Positions 1-10,283 of a DNA stretch of 64,000 bases are shown here, piece after piece (the stretch's first letter is position 1; every line of letters begins with the position of its first letter). The stretch lies in IMG/VR virus record IMGVR_UViG_3300033072_000529; one strand, given 5' to 3'. The translations under genes and the position numbers were made by a program. Origin of the DNA: a virus. Taxonomy: Duplodnaviria > Caudoviricetes. The notes below the pieces were generated by a model, which worked only from the letters and a program-made list of their open reading frames with translations, was not told the origin of the DNA and ran no database searches.

Positions 1-770
1 GTTCTAATCCGTTCTGCTTGCTTATCAGTCATAGATACCCCTGATATAGCCACGCCGTTCTTCACAAAGATAGCATCCAATGCCCCCTCAAAAATAAAAA
101 TATATGGATATGAATTGTCTATTTTATGTAGATTGAATACCGGTTTGCTATTGAGCTTCAATAGATATTTTGCCTTGTTATCTGTAGCCAACAACTTTCG
201 AGATATATATGATTCTACTCTCCCACAAGAATCATAATAAGGTATCACTAGTCTATTATTATGCAGGTAATCCTGTATACATACATAATAGGTGCTGGGC
301 GCATTGATAGCACTCAGCAGTCGTCTAGCGGTGCAATATTCCTTTGCAATATTGATGATCTTTTTGGAACCATAATATTGTATTTGCATCTCATCTCGAA
401 TGTCAACTGTTACTCCCGGTAAGACAGGTGGATCAAAGGATGATTCTACTATATCATCCTCTATCTTAATACGACGAAAGTCAGACTGTATAGATTCTCC
501 AGTGTATGCTTCCACATCTTTTATTATTTCTTTGAAAGACATTCCTGTGACGGTTTTCAACCAGAAATACGGCGACCATCCTTGGGCGCAATTATGACAA
601 TATAAATATTGTTCATCGGGAAAATAATATAATCTCTTCTTTTTCCCATAAGAATTTCCTTCATGGCAAATTGGACATGAAGCTACGTAATAACTTCGGG
701 TTTGTTCCGCAAACCCGGCATATTGATAAAATCTGGCAGTGATATACGACTCTGGTATAGTCATCGACAT
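1..770 (-). CDS. 61: T4 gp61-like DNA primase (3' end runs off the window)
   Basis: Manual translation MSMTIPESYITARFYQYAG...ASCPICHEGNSYGKKRRLYY...YCHNC gives an N-terminal Zn finger; the TOPRIM-like IFIFEGALDAIF lies near the window edge. The true start may be the ATG at 764. Confidence 0.9.
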   Translation of the reverse strand, partial: MSMTIPESYITARFYQYAGFAEQTRSYYVASCPICHEGNSYGKKKRLYYFPDEQYLYCHNCAQGWSPYFWLKTVTGMSFKEIIKDVEAYTGESIQSDFRRIKIEDDIVESSFDPPVLPGVTVDIRDEMQIQYYGSKKIINIAKEYCTARRLLSAINAPSTYYVCIQDYLHNNRLVIPYYDSCGRVESYISRKLLATDNKAKYLLKLNSKPVFNLHKIDNSYPYIFIFEGALDAIFVKNGVAISGVSMTDKQAERIR

Positions 771-814
771 ACTATAGTACAGGTTCGCAGTATATCAAGT
801 TATAAATAGAATAT

Positions 815-1297
815 ATGCAAAGTAGGTTTAACGAATATATTCGCAAAGTTTTAGAGGAAATAACTACGCCAAAGAATAAACGGCGCGAACACACATCTCG
901 ATATTTCGGAGATGGACAATATGCAATGGCATCTACCCCTCGTAAAGTACAATCTACTGGTATAAAAACCGCATCTCAAAAGACTAAGCTAGGCTATCAA
1001 CAATACATGGGTGGTCCATTTGCTAAAAAAGGTGTAAGAGGTATAAACCAATCTCAGAAAAATCCTCAAGAAATTGCTATTGCAAAAGGCTTAGGGGGAT
1101 ATATAAAACCCGAAGGTAAAAACCCTAAACAGATTGGTGCACAAGTCAACTCCAAGCAAAATAATATGGAAATCAAATATAATCTAGCTAATGGTGTAGC
1201 TAAAGTAGGGTCTAATATAGACGGTGCACATGAGGACGAAAAAACTGTACGCCAATTCCAAGACGACAGAGAGCAATGGCTAAAGAAACATAGTTAA
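815..1297 (+). CDS. Hypothetical basic protein, probably late
   Basis: 160 aa ORF; TATAAATA at 801-808 just upstream. Confidence 0.6.
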   Translation: MQSRFNEYIRKVLEEITTPKNKRREHTSRYFGDGQYAMASTPRKVQSTGIKTASQKTKLGYQQYMGGPFAKKGVRGINQSQKNPQEIAIAKGLGGYIKPEGKNPKQIGAQVNSKQNNMEIKYNLANGVAKVGSNIDGAHEDEKTVRQFQDDREQWLKKHS

Positions 1298-1305
1298 ATA
1301 TAATC

Positions 1306-2187
1306 ATGAACATTGCTACCAATTGCGGGGTTTTAACACCGTTTACCTTTGAACAGATCAAATTCAAAGATATGCCTAAGGTGACACATTCTCACATACC
1401 GTACTTCCATCGTATGCTATGTAATTGTGCTACGTCTGTGGCTCGCAATTATCTATGGGTGGTTGTATTCTCTGCCCATAACAAGAGTTATCTATTAAAC
1501 AAAATCAAATCAGTATTACCTGATTACGAACCCGAAGGATGGGATACTACATCTGCCGTCGATTCCACCTGGACAGAAGCAACACAAGATGTCATAGGAT
1601 GTGTATTCGCTCAAGCAGTTAATATACCAGGGGAAACATTGAATGTCGATAAGGTAGGAATATCAACCGGGTCAAATAGAGGTTTTATAAATGCTCCCAT
1701 TATAAATGGTAGACAAAATTTAACTCCATTAGATATTTCGTTCTTAGAAACAAATCAATCGTTTGCAGATGGTGTCATACGTCCTTGGAACATCGTAGTG
1801 GGACATGAGGGTCTAATAGCTCGACCAAAACAAGAATCAATAAAATCTGATATATACGTATACCAGTTAGCGCATGTCGGTGAAAAAACACCTAATATAA
1901 TTCGTAAAGCCTGGATATATCGCGACTGTGCCCCAATATCGGTTAGTACAGAATCTTTGGTATACGATAACATATCGGCTAGTAAAAGACAAACTCAATT
2001 CGTTTATAATTCGTATTCCCTAGTCACTACAGATAAATGTGGAGTGTTTGAATCCTCGGAGTCCGGTACTAGTCCTATAGCTAATCAAGTTCCAGTGGCT
2101 AATCAACCAACGATTGGTTCTCCGACTAACAATATTTCTACTACTCCTAATAGCACTTTCTTGCAGGGTAATGGTAATCTAGTGTAA
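1306..2187 (+). CDS. Tail tube / tail-tube initiator-like protein (gp54/gp19 fold)
   Basis: AQAVNIPGE, ISFLET and YRDCAPISV..LVY..TQFVY patterns typical of tube-fold proteins; sits next to baseplate genes. Confidence 0.6.
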   Translation: MNIATNCGVLTPFTFEQIKFKDMPKVTHSHIPYFHRMLCNCATSVARNYLWVVVFSAHNKSYLLNKIKSVLPDYEPEGWDTTSAVDSTWTEATQDVIGCVFAQAVNIPGETLNVDKVGISTGSNRGFINAPIINGRQNLTPLDISFLETNQSFADGVIRPWNIVVGHEGLIARPKQESIKSDIYVYQLAHVGEKTPNIIRKAWIYRDCAPISVSTESLVYDNISASKRQTQFVYNSYSLVTTDKCGVFESSESGTSPIANQVPVANQPTIGSPTNNISTTPNSTFLQGNGNLV

Positions 2188-2195
2188 GTAGTCGC

Positions 2196-3182
2196 ATGAA
2201 TACAATACCCATATGGATTCCTTCTATGCAGGAATCCATTAGATTTAAGGAATTATCCATCACACAATATCGATCCATACTCAAACAATTAAATAGCCCT
2301 GATATAGATTTCACCTACACTCTAAACTCAATAATAGCAGATAATATTATCTCCACCATAGATTGGAAGAATACCTTAACAATACTGGATAGATTTATTA
2401 TATTTGTGGCGTATAAATCTATATGTGTCAGTCCTAAATTGAGCCTCACTAAAAAATGTAATAAGTGTGCAGCATCTACTAATTTCACTGTCGATCTACA
2501 TAAACTCATATTGGACTTGGCTAAAGTTGTAGACAAATCATTTAAATGTACTATGTCTGGTATATATTATAAAGCTGAATGCGATATACCATCCATATAC
2601 ACTGAGGAACAATCTTTATTATACTCTCAAACGTTACCCACTATTAACACCGATTTTACATTAGACAATGAATGGTTATTATATACCAGGTATGTTAAAC
2701 TTAATAATGTTGAATTACCGTTATACAGCATGCCCTATGCAGACAAATTACAGGTTTTGCGGAAACTTCCAGCCCATATCACATCAGATATATCAAATCG
2801 ATATATACGAAATATCAACAATATGGCTAATAGTATAAAAATTATGAATTTAACATGTACTCACATGCTGAACCAGCAAGCGTGTGGCGAAAAATGGGAA
2901 CGCGTATTCGATGTGTATACTATTAATAGTGTTATACGTGATCTGTATACCGATAATACCAATGAGCAAGTGCTTTTAACCATACATACCATTAATAGTG
3001 CTGTTACACAGGAGCGTCTAACTCCTATGGAACTGGAATATATATTTGACTATGAAATGGCGTCCCGAAAAGATGCCAACAATGTGACTAACTCATCCTC
3101 TAATCCACCTAGTAATATATTCGAAGAATATCGTGCGCAAACAGAGAATATGGCAGAATCGCCTAGTTCCTATATAAATTAG
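2196..3182 (+). CDS. Baseplate hub protein (gp26-like)
   Basis: IWIPS..IRFKEL, TILDRFIIF..KS, CxxC and a second Cys pair match the gp26-like layout. Confidence 0.6.
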   Translation: MNTIPIWIPSMQESIRFKELSITQYRSILKQLNSPDIDFTYTLNSIIADNIISTIDWKNTLTILDRFIIFVAYKSICVSPKLSLTKKCNKCAASTNFTVDLHKLILDLAKVVDKSFKCTMSGIYYKAECDIPSIYTEEQSLLYSQTLPTINTDFTLDNEWLLYTRYVKLNNVELPLYSMPYADKLQVLRKLPAHITSDISNRYIRNINNMANSIKIMNLTCTHMLNQQACGEKWERVFDVYTINSVIRDLYTDNTNEQVLLTIHTINSAVTQERLTPMELEYIFDYEMASRKDANNVTNSSSNPPSNIFEEYRAQTENMAESPSSYIN

Positions 3183-3201
3183 GATATAAGTAGGAGTATA
3201 T

Positions 3202-4014
3202 ATGTCAACAACCAGTATTAATGAATTGCTCCATTTGATCGATGTCGAAAATCGTAAGTTAGATACAGGTATTTGGGTCGCATCTCAACCGTCTAATCTT
3301 ATCAATATCAAAACGCTCAATGCAACTCACACAAAGAATATATTGAAATCTGCTATAGAAGGTATATTCGTGCCTAATCAATTCAACATGGTTATGTATC
3401 ATGTATTGACTGATATAGTCGATAGTACGATACCACTGTCCACCTTATCCGTATATGATAAATCTCTTATACTTCTTCAACTTCGGCAATATAATATAGC
3501 TCCTACTATATCTGTTAAATTGACCAACGCTCAAGGTAATACCTTGCAGCACGAAGTCGTATTATCTGATTTGATAGACCGCAATAAAATTAAACCTTAT
3601 CCATCTGAACATACTATAACGGCAGGTAAATTCAGTGTGACGTTGAATCTACCCAGTATAACAACGGAATATATGTTTGATTCACACTTATATGCTAACA
3701 AAATTGCAAATATTTCTGATCAGAACAAGTCAGTTATAAAAGAACTATTCGGGCCTATATTTATATATAATATAGCTCAATATATACAACGAGTACAATT
3801 CGGTGATGTAGATATGGATATATCTACCGTGCCTGTGGATGCAAGGCTTAAAATCGTGGAGAAACTACCTGCTAATATTTTAGATAAAATCATCACCACT
3901 ATCGAAAAACGATATACTGTAGCTATAAATGAAATTACCGCTATAGAATATACCGTTGAAGGTCAATTATATAGCGGTAATATTGAGCTATCTCCTGAAC
4001 TGTTTATTAGTTGA
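3202..4014 (+). CDS. Baseplate hub protein paralog (gp26-like)
   Basis: LSVYDKSLILLQLR, LNLPSI and IVEKLP mirror the upstream ORF. Confidence 0.55.
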   Translation: MSTTSINELLHLIDVENRKLDTGIWVASQPSNLINIKTLNATHTKNILKSAIEGIFVPNQFNMVMYHVLTDIVDSTIPLSTLSVYDKSLILLQLRQYNIAPTISVKLTNAQGNTLQHEVVLSDLIDRNKIKPYPSEHTITAGKFSVTLNLPSITTEYMFDSHLYANKIANISDQNKSVIKELFGPIFIYNIAQYIQRVQFGDVDMDISTVPVDARLKIVEKLPANILDKIITTIEKRYTVAINEITAIEYTVEGQLYSGNIELSPELFIS

Positions 4015-4615
4015 GGCCGGGATTACGTGGCGGGCGATTCAGCGGACGCGCTGGATTGCCTGCTGGTTTAGGGCGAGCCGGTTGAGTGGGAGCAGGTTGT
4101 TGAGGCTGTTGTTGAGCAGGTTGTTGAGCAGGTTGTTGAGGGGCATTCAATCTGCTGGATGCCGCTGTGTTTAGATTTGTGCCCCATTGCGCTAAATATT
4201 TAACCAGGTCGTTTATATTTTGATCATTAGGAAATACGGTTGGCAACACATCTGCCACTTTCAACAACTGTGCTAGTGCTTGATTAACGGCTTTTATAGC
4301 ATTTTGTTGTCTGACTTTACTTGCACCTGCTTTATAATTTTGCGCCATACCCTGGAATGCATTACTGGCTGCATTTTTCACACCGCCAATAAATTCTCCT
4401 AGACCCTCAATCAATACCAATTGGGATTCTGTTAATACGCCTTGAGCTTTCAGTTCCTCAATTTTCTCATATGTCATATTACCATGTAATATTTCATTTT
4501 TTAGTTGTTCATCTGAACGTGCAGATAACGGGGTAACGTCATATCTGTGATATTCTTTCTGTTCTCGGAAAGCATCAAATCCAGCCATGTATAATCCTGT
4601 GTAATTAGTTGACAT
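4007..4615 (-). CDS. Hypothetical protein with Q/P-rich C-terminus (possibly virion)
   Basis: 202 aa ORF with QQPA repeats; TAAATA upstream on the minus strand. Confidence 0.6.
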   Translation of the reverse strand: MSTNYTGLYMAGFDAFREQKEYHRYDVTPLSARSDEQLKNEILHGNMTYEKIEELKAQGVLTESQLVLIEGLGEFIGGVKNAASNAFQGMAQNYKAGASKVRQQNAIKAVNQALAQLLKVADVLPTVFPNDQNINDLVKYLAQWGTNLNTAASSRLNAPQQPAQQPAQQQPQQPAPTQPARPKPAGNPARPLNRPPRNPGLN

Positions 4616-4650
4616 ATATATTTCTTATTTATCGCAAATAAATAAATGTA

Positions 4651-6702
4651 ATGGCTAATACACTGGAAGACTTACTTAACGCAATTGATAGCTACATGAT
4701 AGCTAAAGGAAAAGCCACGGAACCATATATAGCTAAAAAAGTATCAGAGTTATTTGAGTCTGATGAATCCATGTTTAATCCTAAAGCGGGTCCAATAAAA
4801 GTGATGTGGGCCAAATTCAATACCTTTACCAAAGCTATCGAAGATGCCACTAAACAAACTGCCCCTTATGCTAAAAAATTAACTGAGGGATTAACTAAAT
4901 TGAATGAGTTTTATAAAAATATATCAACCGCTTCATCTGATGTTAAAATGTTGATATCTCGATTGGGGGGATTGTCTAATGCTAATAAGCGTCCTCCTGG
5001 TAGACCGGTATCCTACAATCCATATGATAGATTGGGAGAACATATAGTAGTTATCAGATCAACTCTTAGAAGAATATCTAATACATTAGATGATCTGGTA
5101 TATACGACCAGATCAGAACAAAATTTTGAAATAGTGCAAAAAACATTATTATATGATGTGTCTGCTACAGCACTGTATAAATTACACGGTATTATGGAAA
5201 CAGCTTTATGGCGTGTTATGCGTTCAACTGTACTAAGAGATCGCAATTTATCAAATGGTTTATATCGATCACATCAGTCGGATGATGAAGGTGGTATAAT
5301 ATCTAATATAATGGGATGGATGACAACTATCGGGTTGTTTATAGGGGGTGTCTTTGCACTCACTAAGGCGGGAGATTTTTTCACTAATAATAAATTAGGT
5401 ATCTCCATAAAGGAGAGCGTCACGGATTTCATCAGCAAAACAGCAGATAAAATAGGTAAAGCCATAGATGATGGAACAATAGCAGATTCTATAACCAATA
5501 CTATTACATTCATAGGTAATGTTATAAAGAAAACCGTCAAGGGTACTATATCCTTTATACGACAACACTGGGATAATATAGAATCAACTTTGGTACGAAT
5601 AGTTGGAACAATATGGAATGATATTGCTAAACCTATGGGTAGGGGTATAATGAATCATATTATCTATCCCTTATTCGGTGCAATAAAGAAAGATATACAA
5701 GAGAGTGATTGGTCTGGTGCAGCATTAAAGGGTATAGGTGCAGCATTTTTAGCGACTTTTATTCCAGGTATATCATCTGTCTTATCTGGGACTTTCTCGG
5801 GTATAGGTGCGGCTCTTGGACCTATTATAGCAGGAGCCAGAACCCTGTTATTTACTCCCTTAGGTGTTGCCATCACGGCTGCTGCATCCGCAGTGACATT
5901 TGCCGTTGACAGAATCAACGGATTCAATAAAGCCCAAGAAGAAATTGTTAAAACTTTGGAAGAACGTCATACAATAGAAGAAAGAGGTATGAAAACCTAT
6001 TATGATAATCAGAAAAAGAAACGAAATCGTATACAGGAATTAGAGTCCACCCCTAATAGAACATCTAAACAAGATTTAGAAATCAAACTATTGAGGGCTC
6101 AAATGGAATATAATCGTATTCAGGCTAACAAAAATGCTGAATTAAACAGTGCTAATGCTAAATTGGGTACATTATCAGGTGCATTTGCTGAAAATTGGAT
6201 GGGGTCTATTACGAAAGAAATAGACGGTATTCATAAAAAATACGAATCCCAATACAATGAACAGGATTCTTATATAAGACTATTAAACGATAGATTGAAG
6301 AGTGCTGAAAGTTCTGAGAAGGTTCGCCAGAAGAAAAAAGCTGACAGCGATGCAGTAGTTGATCAGATATTATCCAATAGAAAAAGTCCTACTCCTACCA
6401 GTGTAAAAGATGCGATTATAATTCAACCTCATTCTAAGGATCAAATTATAGCGGGTAAAATGGATGGTCCATTTGATAAGGCATTGACCTATGCACTAAA
6501 CGAATTATCCTTGTTGAAAAATATCATGGCGGAAGTAGGCAATCTGATTGCTTCTACTACTGCTACAGGTAATCATGCCCTTGTACAGGCTATCGCTGCG
6601 TCTGCGCAGGCAAGCACATCAGGTGCCAGTGCATTATCTAATAGAGGCGGGTCAGACCCTATCAGAGATTTACGTCAACGCGTTGCTGCTCACACCAAAT
6701 AA
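4651..6702 (+). CDS. Tape-measure / gp29-like tail protein
   Basis: 683 aa, helical, with G/A-rich hydrophobic segments and coiled coil; follows the baseplate hub genes. Confidence 0.5.
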   Translation: MANTLEDLLNAIDSYMIAKGKATEPYIAKKVSELFESDESMFNPKAGPIKVMWAKFNTFTKAIEDATKQTAPYAKKLTEGLTKLNEFYKNISTASSDVKMLISRLGGLSNANKRPPGRPVSYNPYDRLGEHIVVIRSTLRRISNTLDDLVYTTRSEQNFEIVQKTLLYDVSATALYKLHGIMETALWRVMRSTVLRDRNLSNGLYRSHQSDDEGGIISNIMGWMTTIGLFIGGVFALTKAGDFFTNNKLGISIKESVTDFISKTADKIGKAIDDGTIADSITNTITFIGNVIKKTVKGTISFIRQHWDNIESTLVRIVGTIWNDIAKPMGRGIMNHIIYPLFGAIKKDIQESDWSGAALKGIGAAFLATFIPGISSVLSGTFSGIGAALGPIIAGARTLLFTPLGVAITAAASAVTFAVDRINGFNKAQEEIVKTLEERHTIEERGMKTYYDNQKKKRNRIQELESTPNRTSKQDLEIKLLRAQMEYNRIQANKNAELNSANAKLGTLSGAFAENWMGSITKEIDGIHKKYESQYNEQDSYIRLLNDRLKSAESSEKVRQKKKADSDAVVDQILSNRKSPTPTSVKDAIIIQPHSKDQIIAGKMDGPFDKALTYALNELSLLKNIMAEVGNLIASTTATGNHALVQAIAASAQASTSGASALSNRGGSDPIRDLRQRVAAHTK

Positions 6703-6745
6703 TAAAAAAAAAAACCCGGTAGAATTTCTTCTACCGGGTTTTCTA
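6703..6745. terminator. Bidirectional intrinsic terminator
   Basis: A-run + AAACCCGGTAGAA-tttc-TTCTACCGGGTTT + T-run between convergent genes. Confidence 0.85.
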
Positions 6746-6823
6746 ATTTAGGGGATTACTTCTGATGGCGAGATAATCTAGAGCGGCGTCCGTGAACGCA
6801 AATCCAATAAGGGTAGGCATTGG

Positions 6824-9265
6824 CTAGAGCTTTTCGAGTTGAAGCAACCGCTTCTGCAAAGCCTTTCCAGTGATGCGGCTTTGGGGGGATTGCTCAATCT
6901 CAGCAAGGCGCTGTCTCGCGATCTGAGCGTCCAACACATCTTCAGCACCCTCTAACGCTGCCTGCTCAACCTTTGCCGCCCCTATCAATTCGTTGCGCAC
7001 TGCCGTAATTATCTCTGCGCTCTCTGGAAGAAGGAAGGGGGCGACGCGATCTGGAGTGAGCTTGGCCCCGTAATTGAAGCGCCAGCGTTCTCGGCGAATT
7101 ACTGCCGCCGCCACATAAAGCATTTCAGGAGGAACTCCCGGGCGGGGCAATAGAAGCAGGTTGTCGCTGGAGGCACCGCATGGCCACTCTTGAACGTGCG
7201 CCATCCCCATGCTGCCAGTTCTTGGAACCGTGACAAAAGGCGGCTTGATGAGGGAGTCGAAAAGATAGAATCCGTGACAGCCGTTGTCGTCGCCGCTGGA
7301 CGATATGACAGGACTGACACCCTCCCCGAGTCCGTCTTTAGACTCTAGCTCGTTTTGACCGTAAAAAATATCGAAATAAGCACCAATAGTACTCCCTGCG
7401 GTTTTTGGGGTCCGGCGCTTTTGGCCGATATATTCACGGTAGTCTCTCGGCGGGTTGCTGGTCGTTCCCAGCATCGAGGATAGCTCTACAAACTTGGGGG
7501 CGAATTTGGTGGTAAGCGCGGTCTTGCTGCGAATTACAACGCCAACCTCATCTAAAATTTCGTCAAGTGACAACTGCTTGGCTGGGATGTAGGCACCTGG
7601 CCGCCATTCACCGTCCGGCTCGATGGTCGCCCAGCCGCACAATCCATCAACGGATTTATGACCTTGGTACGCTTCCAGCACAGTCTCGATTTGTGATCCC
7701 TGCCGAGGCGTGCGAACGTTTTTCCGCAGGCGAAAACCGTCATTCTCGATTCGAGAAAAGAAAACAGGCTGGCTAAAATTATGGGGTACTCCTTGGGTGA
7801 CTAGAAGAACGTTGGTGGTGGCGCTTGCGTATGGCAGAAACAGCTCTTCCGGCAAGCTGATAATACCGTTGAGAGTGTGGTGTTTGAGAAGCTGACTTCT
7901 CCAATTCCCTTTGGACGCTTTAACCAGCAGTTGCATCGGCACCACCGCGCCTAATTTACCCCTCCGCTTCAGTGCTTCGAGACCGCGATCTATGAAATCC
8001 TCAGCCGGAGTGTCAGTATCCCTGTGAGGGAAGGGCGGGTTTAACAACGCAACATCAGCCTTTCCAAGCGGGTAGCCGTCAGAACTGAAACAGTCATCAT
8101 TAACGATGCCGGTTGAGCCGTCTCCGCGCAGAATCATATTTGCCACGCAAAGCGCGGCAGTAATAGGCTCAGTCTCATACCCGACCAATTGCTTTTTAAC
8201 CACCTTCACGACTTGGGTGCGGGAAAGATGGCCGACCTCCATAATACGGTTCATGCCAGCGATGAGGAACCCTCCGGTTCCACAGGCGGGGTCAATCACA
8301 ATGTCATCCTTGCCGATGCCGCAAAGGTCAGAAATAAACGATGTGATGTGATGAGGGGTGAAATACTGACCGATGGTATTGCCGCCTGTATATCGGAAGA
8401 ACGTCTCGTAAAGCTGGCCCAAATAGTCATGCTCAGCCGTGAGCACGGGGACATTTAGACGATCTAAGATGGAGATGATCCGGCGAATTTTTACAGCCAG
8501 CGTCGCGTTTGCTTCGTCAACATGAAGGCTCTTTGCAAGCGTCGCTTTCCCGGCCTTCCAGAAGGCTTTTTCACACGCTTGATTGATATCGGAAAGGACG
8601 TTGTCAGGTTCGCGCCTGATCTTGCCCTGCGACTGCCATAGAGCCAGCATTATTGCCCCCATGATCGCAGGACGCAGCGCATCTGTGACCTTCGATTCCC
8701 TCAATAGCCGGTTGATTTCGTCGGCATGGCCGGACAGAACCTCAGGAGGCGGAATGGATGGGCGAATCTCTGTGGAATTCGAGGCCCTGATGGCGTCTAT
8801 GTCCAAGCGGTTTGGAATCCACCCGATGGGGTTGCCATCGTAGGTAATCATGGCCCACTTTCTGCCAGTCCACTTTAACACACGCACTGCAAAATTGTCT
8901 TCGCTCGCGCCCGCAACGGCAATGGCCAGGGGTGAATACCCGGCTTCGATGCAGGCCGCCCCGTAGTCTTCAGTTGCCTCTTTGATGGCCAGCATCAAGT
9001 CTGAGGGGGAGGCCTTGGCTTCAATGACGGCGCGGGGTTGAAGGGTGGCCCTGTCTATCAGGACGGCCTCTGGCAGTCCATCGCCTCCACGGCCCGATTT
9101 ACTGCGCCCTTTGAATATCTCCAAAAGGTGATCATGGTCTTTATACTCATGCTGCCTCAAAAGCTCCCCCTGAGGAGGGCGGCGCACATCCCAACCTTGG
9201 TCCACAAGCAACCCTGTGAGTAGGTGCTCGGTTCTGACTTCTGCAAATCGGCGAATGGGTGCCAT
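6824..9265 (-). CDS. Fused restriction endonuclease / N6-adenine MTase / specificity domain (type IIG-like)
   Basis: N-terminal PE..IEAK (PD-(D/E)XK-like), GQYFTP, DPACGTGGFL (motif I), NPPF (motif IV) and a C-terminal HsdS/TRD-like region. Confidence 0.88.
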   Translation of the reverse strand: MAPIRRFAEVRTEHLLTGLLVDQGWDVRRPPQGELLRQHEYKDHDHLLEIFKGRSKSGRGGDGLPEAVLIDRATLQPRAVIEAKASPSDLMLAIKEATEDYGAACIEAGYSPLAIAVAGASEDNFAVRVLKWTGRKWAMITYDGNPIGWIPNRLDIDAIRASNSTEIRPSIPPPEVLSGHADEINRLLRESKVTDALRPAIMGAIMLALWQSQGKIRREPDNVLSDINQACEKAFWKAGKATLAKSLHVDEANATLAVKIRRIISILDRLNVPVLTAEHDYLGQLYETFFRYTGGNTIGQYFTPHHITSFISDLCGIGKDDIVIDPACGTGGFLIAGMNRIMEVGHLSRTQVVKVVKKQLVGYETEPITAALCVANMILRGDGSTGIVNDDCFSSDGYPLGKADVALLNPPFPHRDTDTPAEDFIDRGLEALKRRGKLGAVVPMQLLVKASKGNWRSQLLKHHTLNGIISLPEELFLPYASATTNVLLVTQGVPHNFSQPVFFSRIENDGFRLRKNVRTPRQGSQIETVLEAYQGHKSVDGLCGWATIEPDGEWRPGAYIPAKQLSLDEILDEVGVVIRSKTALTTKFAPKFVELSSMLGTTSNPPRDYREYIGQKRRTPKTAGSTIGAYFDIFYGQNELESKDGLGEGVSPVISSSGDDNGCHGFYLFDSLIKPPFVTVPRTGSMGMAHVQEWPCGASSDNLLLLPRPGVPPEMLYVAAAVIRRERWRFNYGAKLTPDRVAPFLLPESAEIITAVRNELIGAAKVEQAALEGAEDVLDAQIARQRLAEIEQSPQSRITGKALQKRLLQLEKL

Positions 9266-10249
9266 CTACTTGACCCCTCCTTTCGGGCGACGCAGCATAA
9301 GCCTTTTCCCCTCCATCTTGCGGATACCCCCAACGGTGCGCTCTCCATCGCTTTCTCCTCGGGTGTTGTACTTGTAATCCAGTTCCGCAAAATAAAGGGC
9401 CGTGTGCCGCTTGCTGATGTGGTGGTGAGTTCCGTCGAGGGCTCGCTTGGAGTTTCCGAAGAACCCCTCCGCCGAATTTGTCGTGGTCAACTCTCCAGTA
9501 AGACGGTCACGGCGGGCGTACTCTTCCACTGAATGGTTGACGGTTTCGTGGGCCGCAAACACGGTTCCCGCCTTTTTATAAACAGGGGACTCGTCAGTGT
9601 TGAGCGTGGCATCTGTCGCCACATGCCTTTTCAATATTTTAGTGATCTTCTTTCCTGAAACCATTTCTACCACTTGAGAACGCACGCGACCACCGCGCTC
9701 TACCAGCGAAACAACGGCGGTTTTGTTCTTCACGTAGCCACGGCCACGCCCGCGAGCTTTCCCTCCAATGTAGGTTTCATCAGCTTCCACAGTGCCTTTA
9801 AGCAGGTCGGTCGGTTCGGAGTCACGCAAAGCGAACCGAATGCTGTGGCACAAGAACCAAGCTGAGCGGTAAGACCCGATTTCAAGCTGCCTTTGAAGTT
9901 GGAGGGCGGAAATCTGGGTTTTGCTGGCACACATCATGTAGAAGGCGATGATCCACTTGTTGAGGGGAATATGTGAATCCTCCATTACAGTGCCAACTGT
10001 CACCGTAAACCCCTGTCTGCATTCGTTGCACTTGAAGAGTCCATTACGGATTTTCTTTTCAGGGTTAGGGGCTATTTTGTAGATGCTGGCCTGCTCTGCA
10101 TTGCCGCAATGTGGACACACAGGACCGGAGGGCCAGCGCTGCTTCTCGAAGTACTCCCGCGCGGCATCTTCATGCGAAAACCGCTGACAAATCTGCATGA
10201 GTGTCAGTTCTCCTTTTGGGTTTTTGGCGCTAGCAATTTGCGTGTGCAT
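9266..10249 (-). CDS. IS1595 (ISXO2-like) DDE transposase
   Basis: Zn ribbon CPHC..CNEC; VEADETY, TDES..Y, VNHS and TNSAEGFF motifs. Confidence 0.95.
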   Translation of the reverse strand: MHTQIASAKNPKGELTLMQICQRFSHEDAAREYFEKQRWPSGPVCPHCGNAEQASIYKIAPNPEKKIRNGLFKCNECRQGFTVTVGTVMEDSHIPLNKWIIAFYMMCASKTQISALQLQRQLEIGSYRSAWFLCHSIRFALRDSEPTDLLKGTVEADETYIGGKARGRGRGYVKNKTAVVSLVERGGRVRSQVVEMVSGKKITKILKRHVATDATLNTDESPVYKKAGTVFAAHETVNHSVEEYARRDRLTGELTTTNSAEGFFGNSKRALDGTHHHISKRHTALYFAELDYKYNTRGESDGERTVGGIRKMEGKRLMLRRPKGGVK

Positions 10250-10255
10250 GAACGA

Positions 10256-10283
10256 ATTCTAGCAAATTATTTGGATTCGTCAA
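10256..10283 (-). promoter_or_regulatory. Sigma70-like promoter in the IS end
   Basis: TTGACG-N16-TAGAAT with extended TG; transposase ATG 7 nt downstream. Confidence 0.7.

Noticed and set aside
4095-4142. GTTGTTGAGCAG tandem repeats as a CRISPR or regulatory array
   Set aside because: No spacers; they encode a QQPA low-complexity linker.
6751-6760. GGGGATTA as the left IS terminus
   Set aside because: It resembles the right inverted repeat but lies outside the 8-bp duplication and contains the original stop codon of the target gene.
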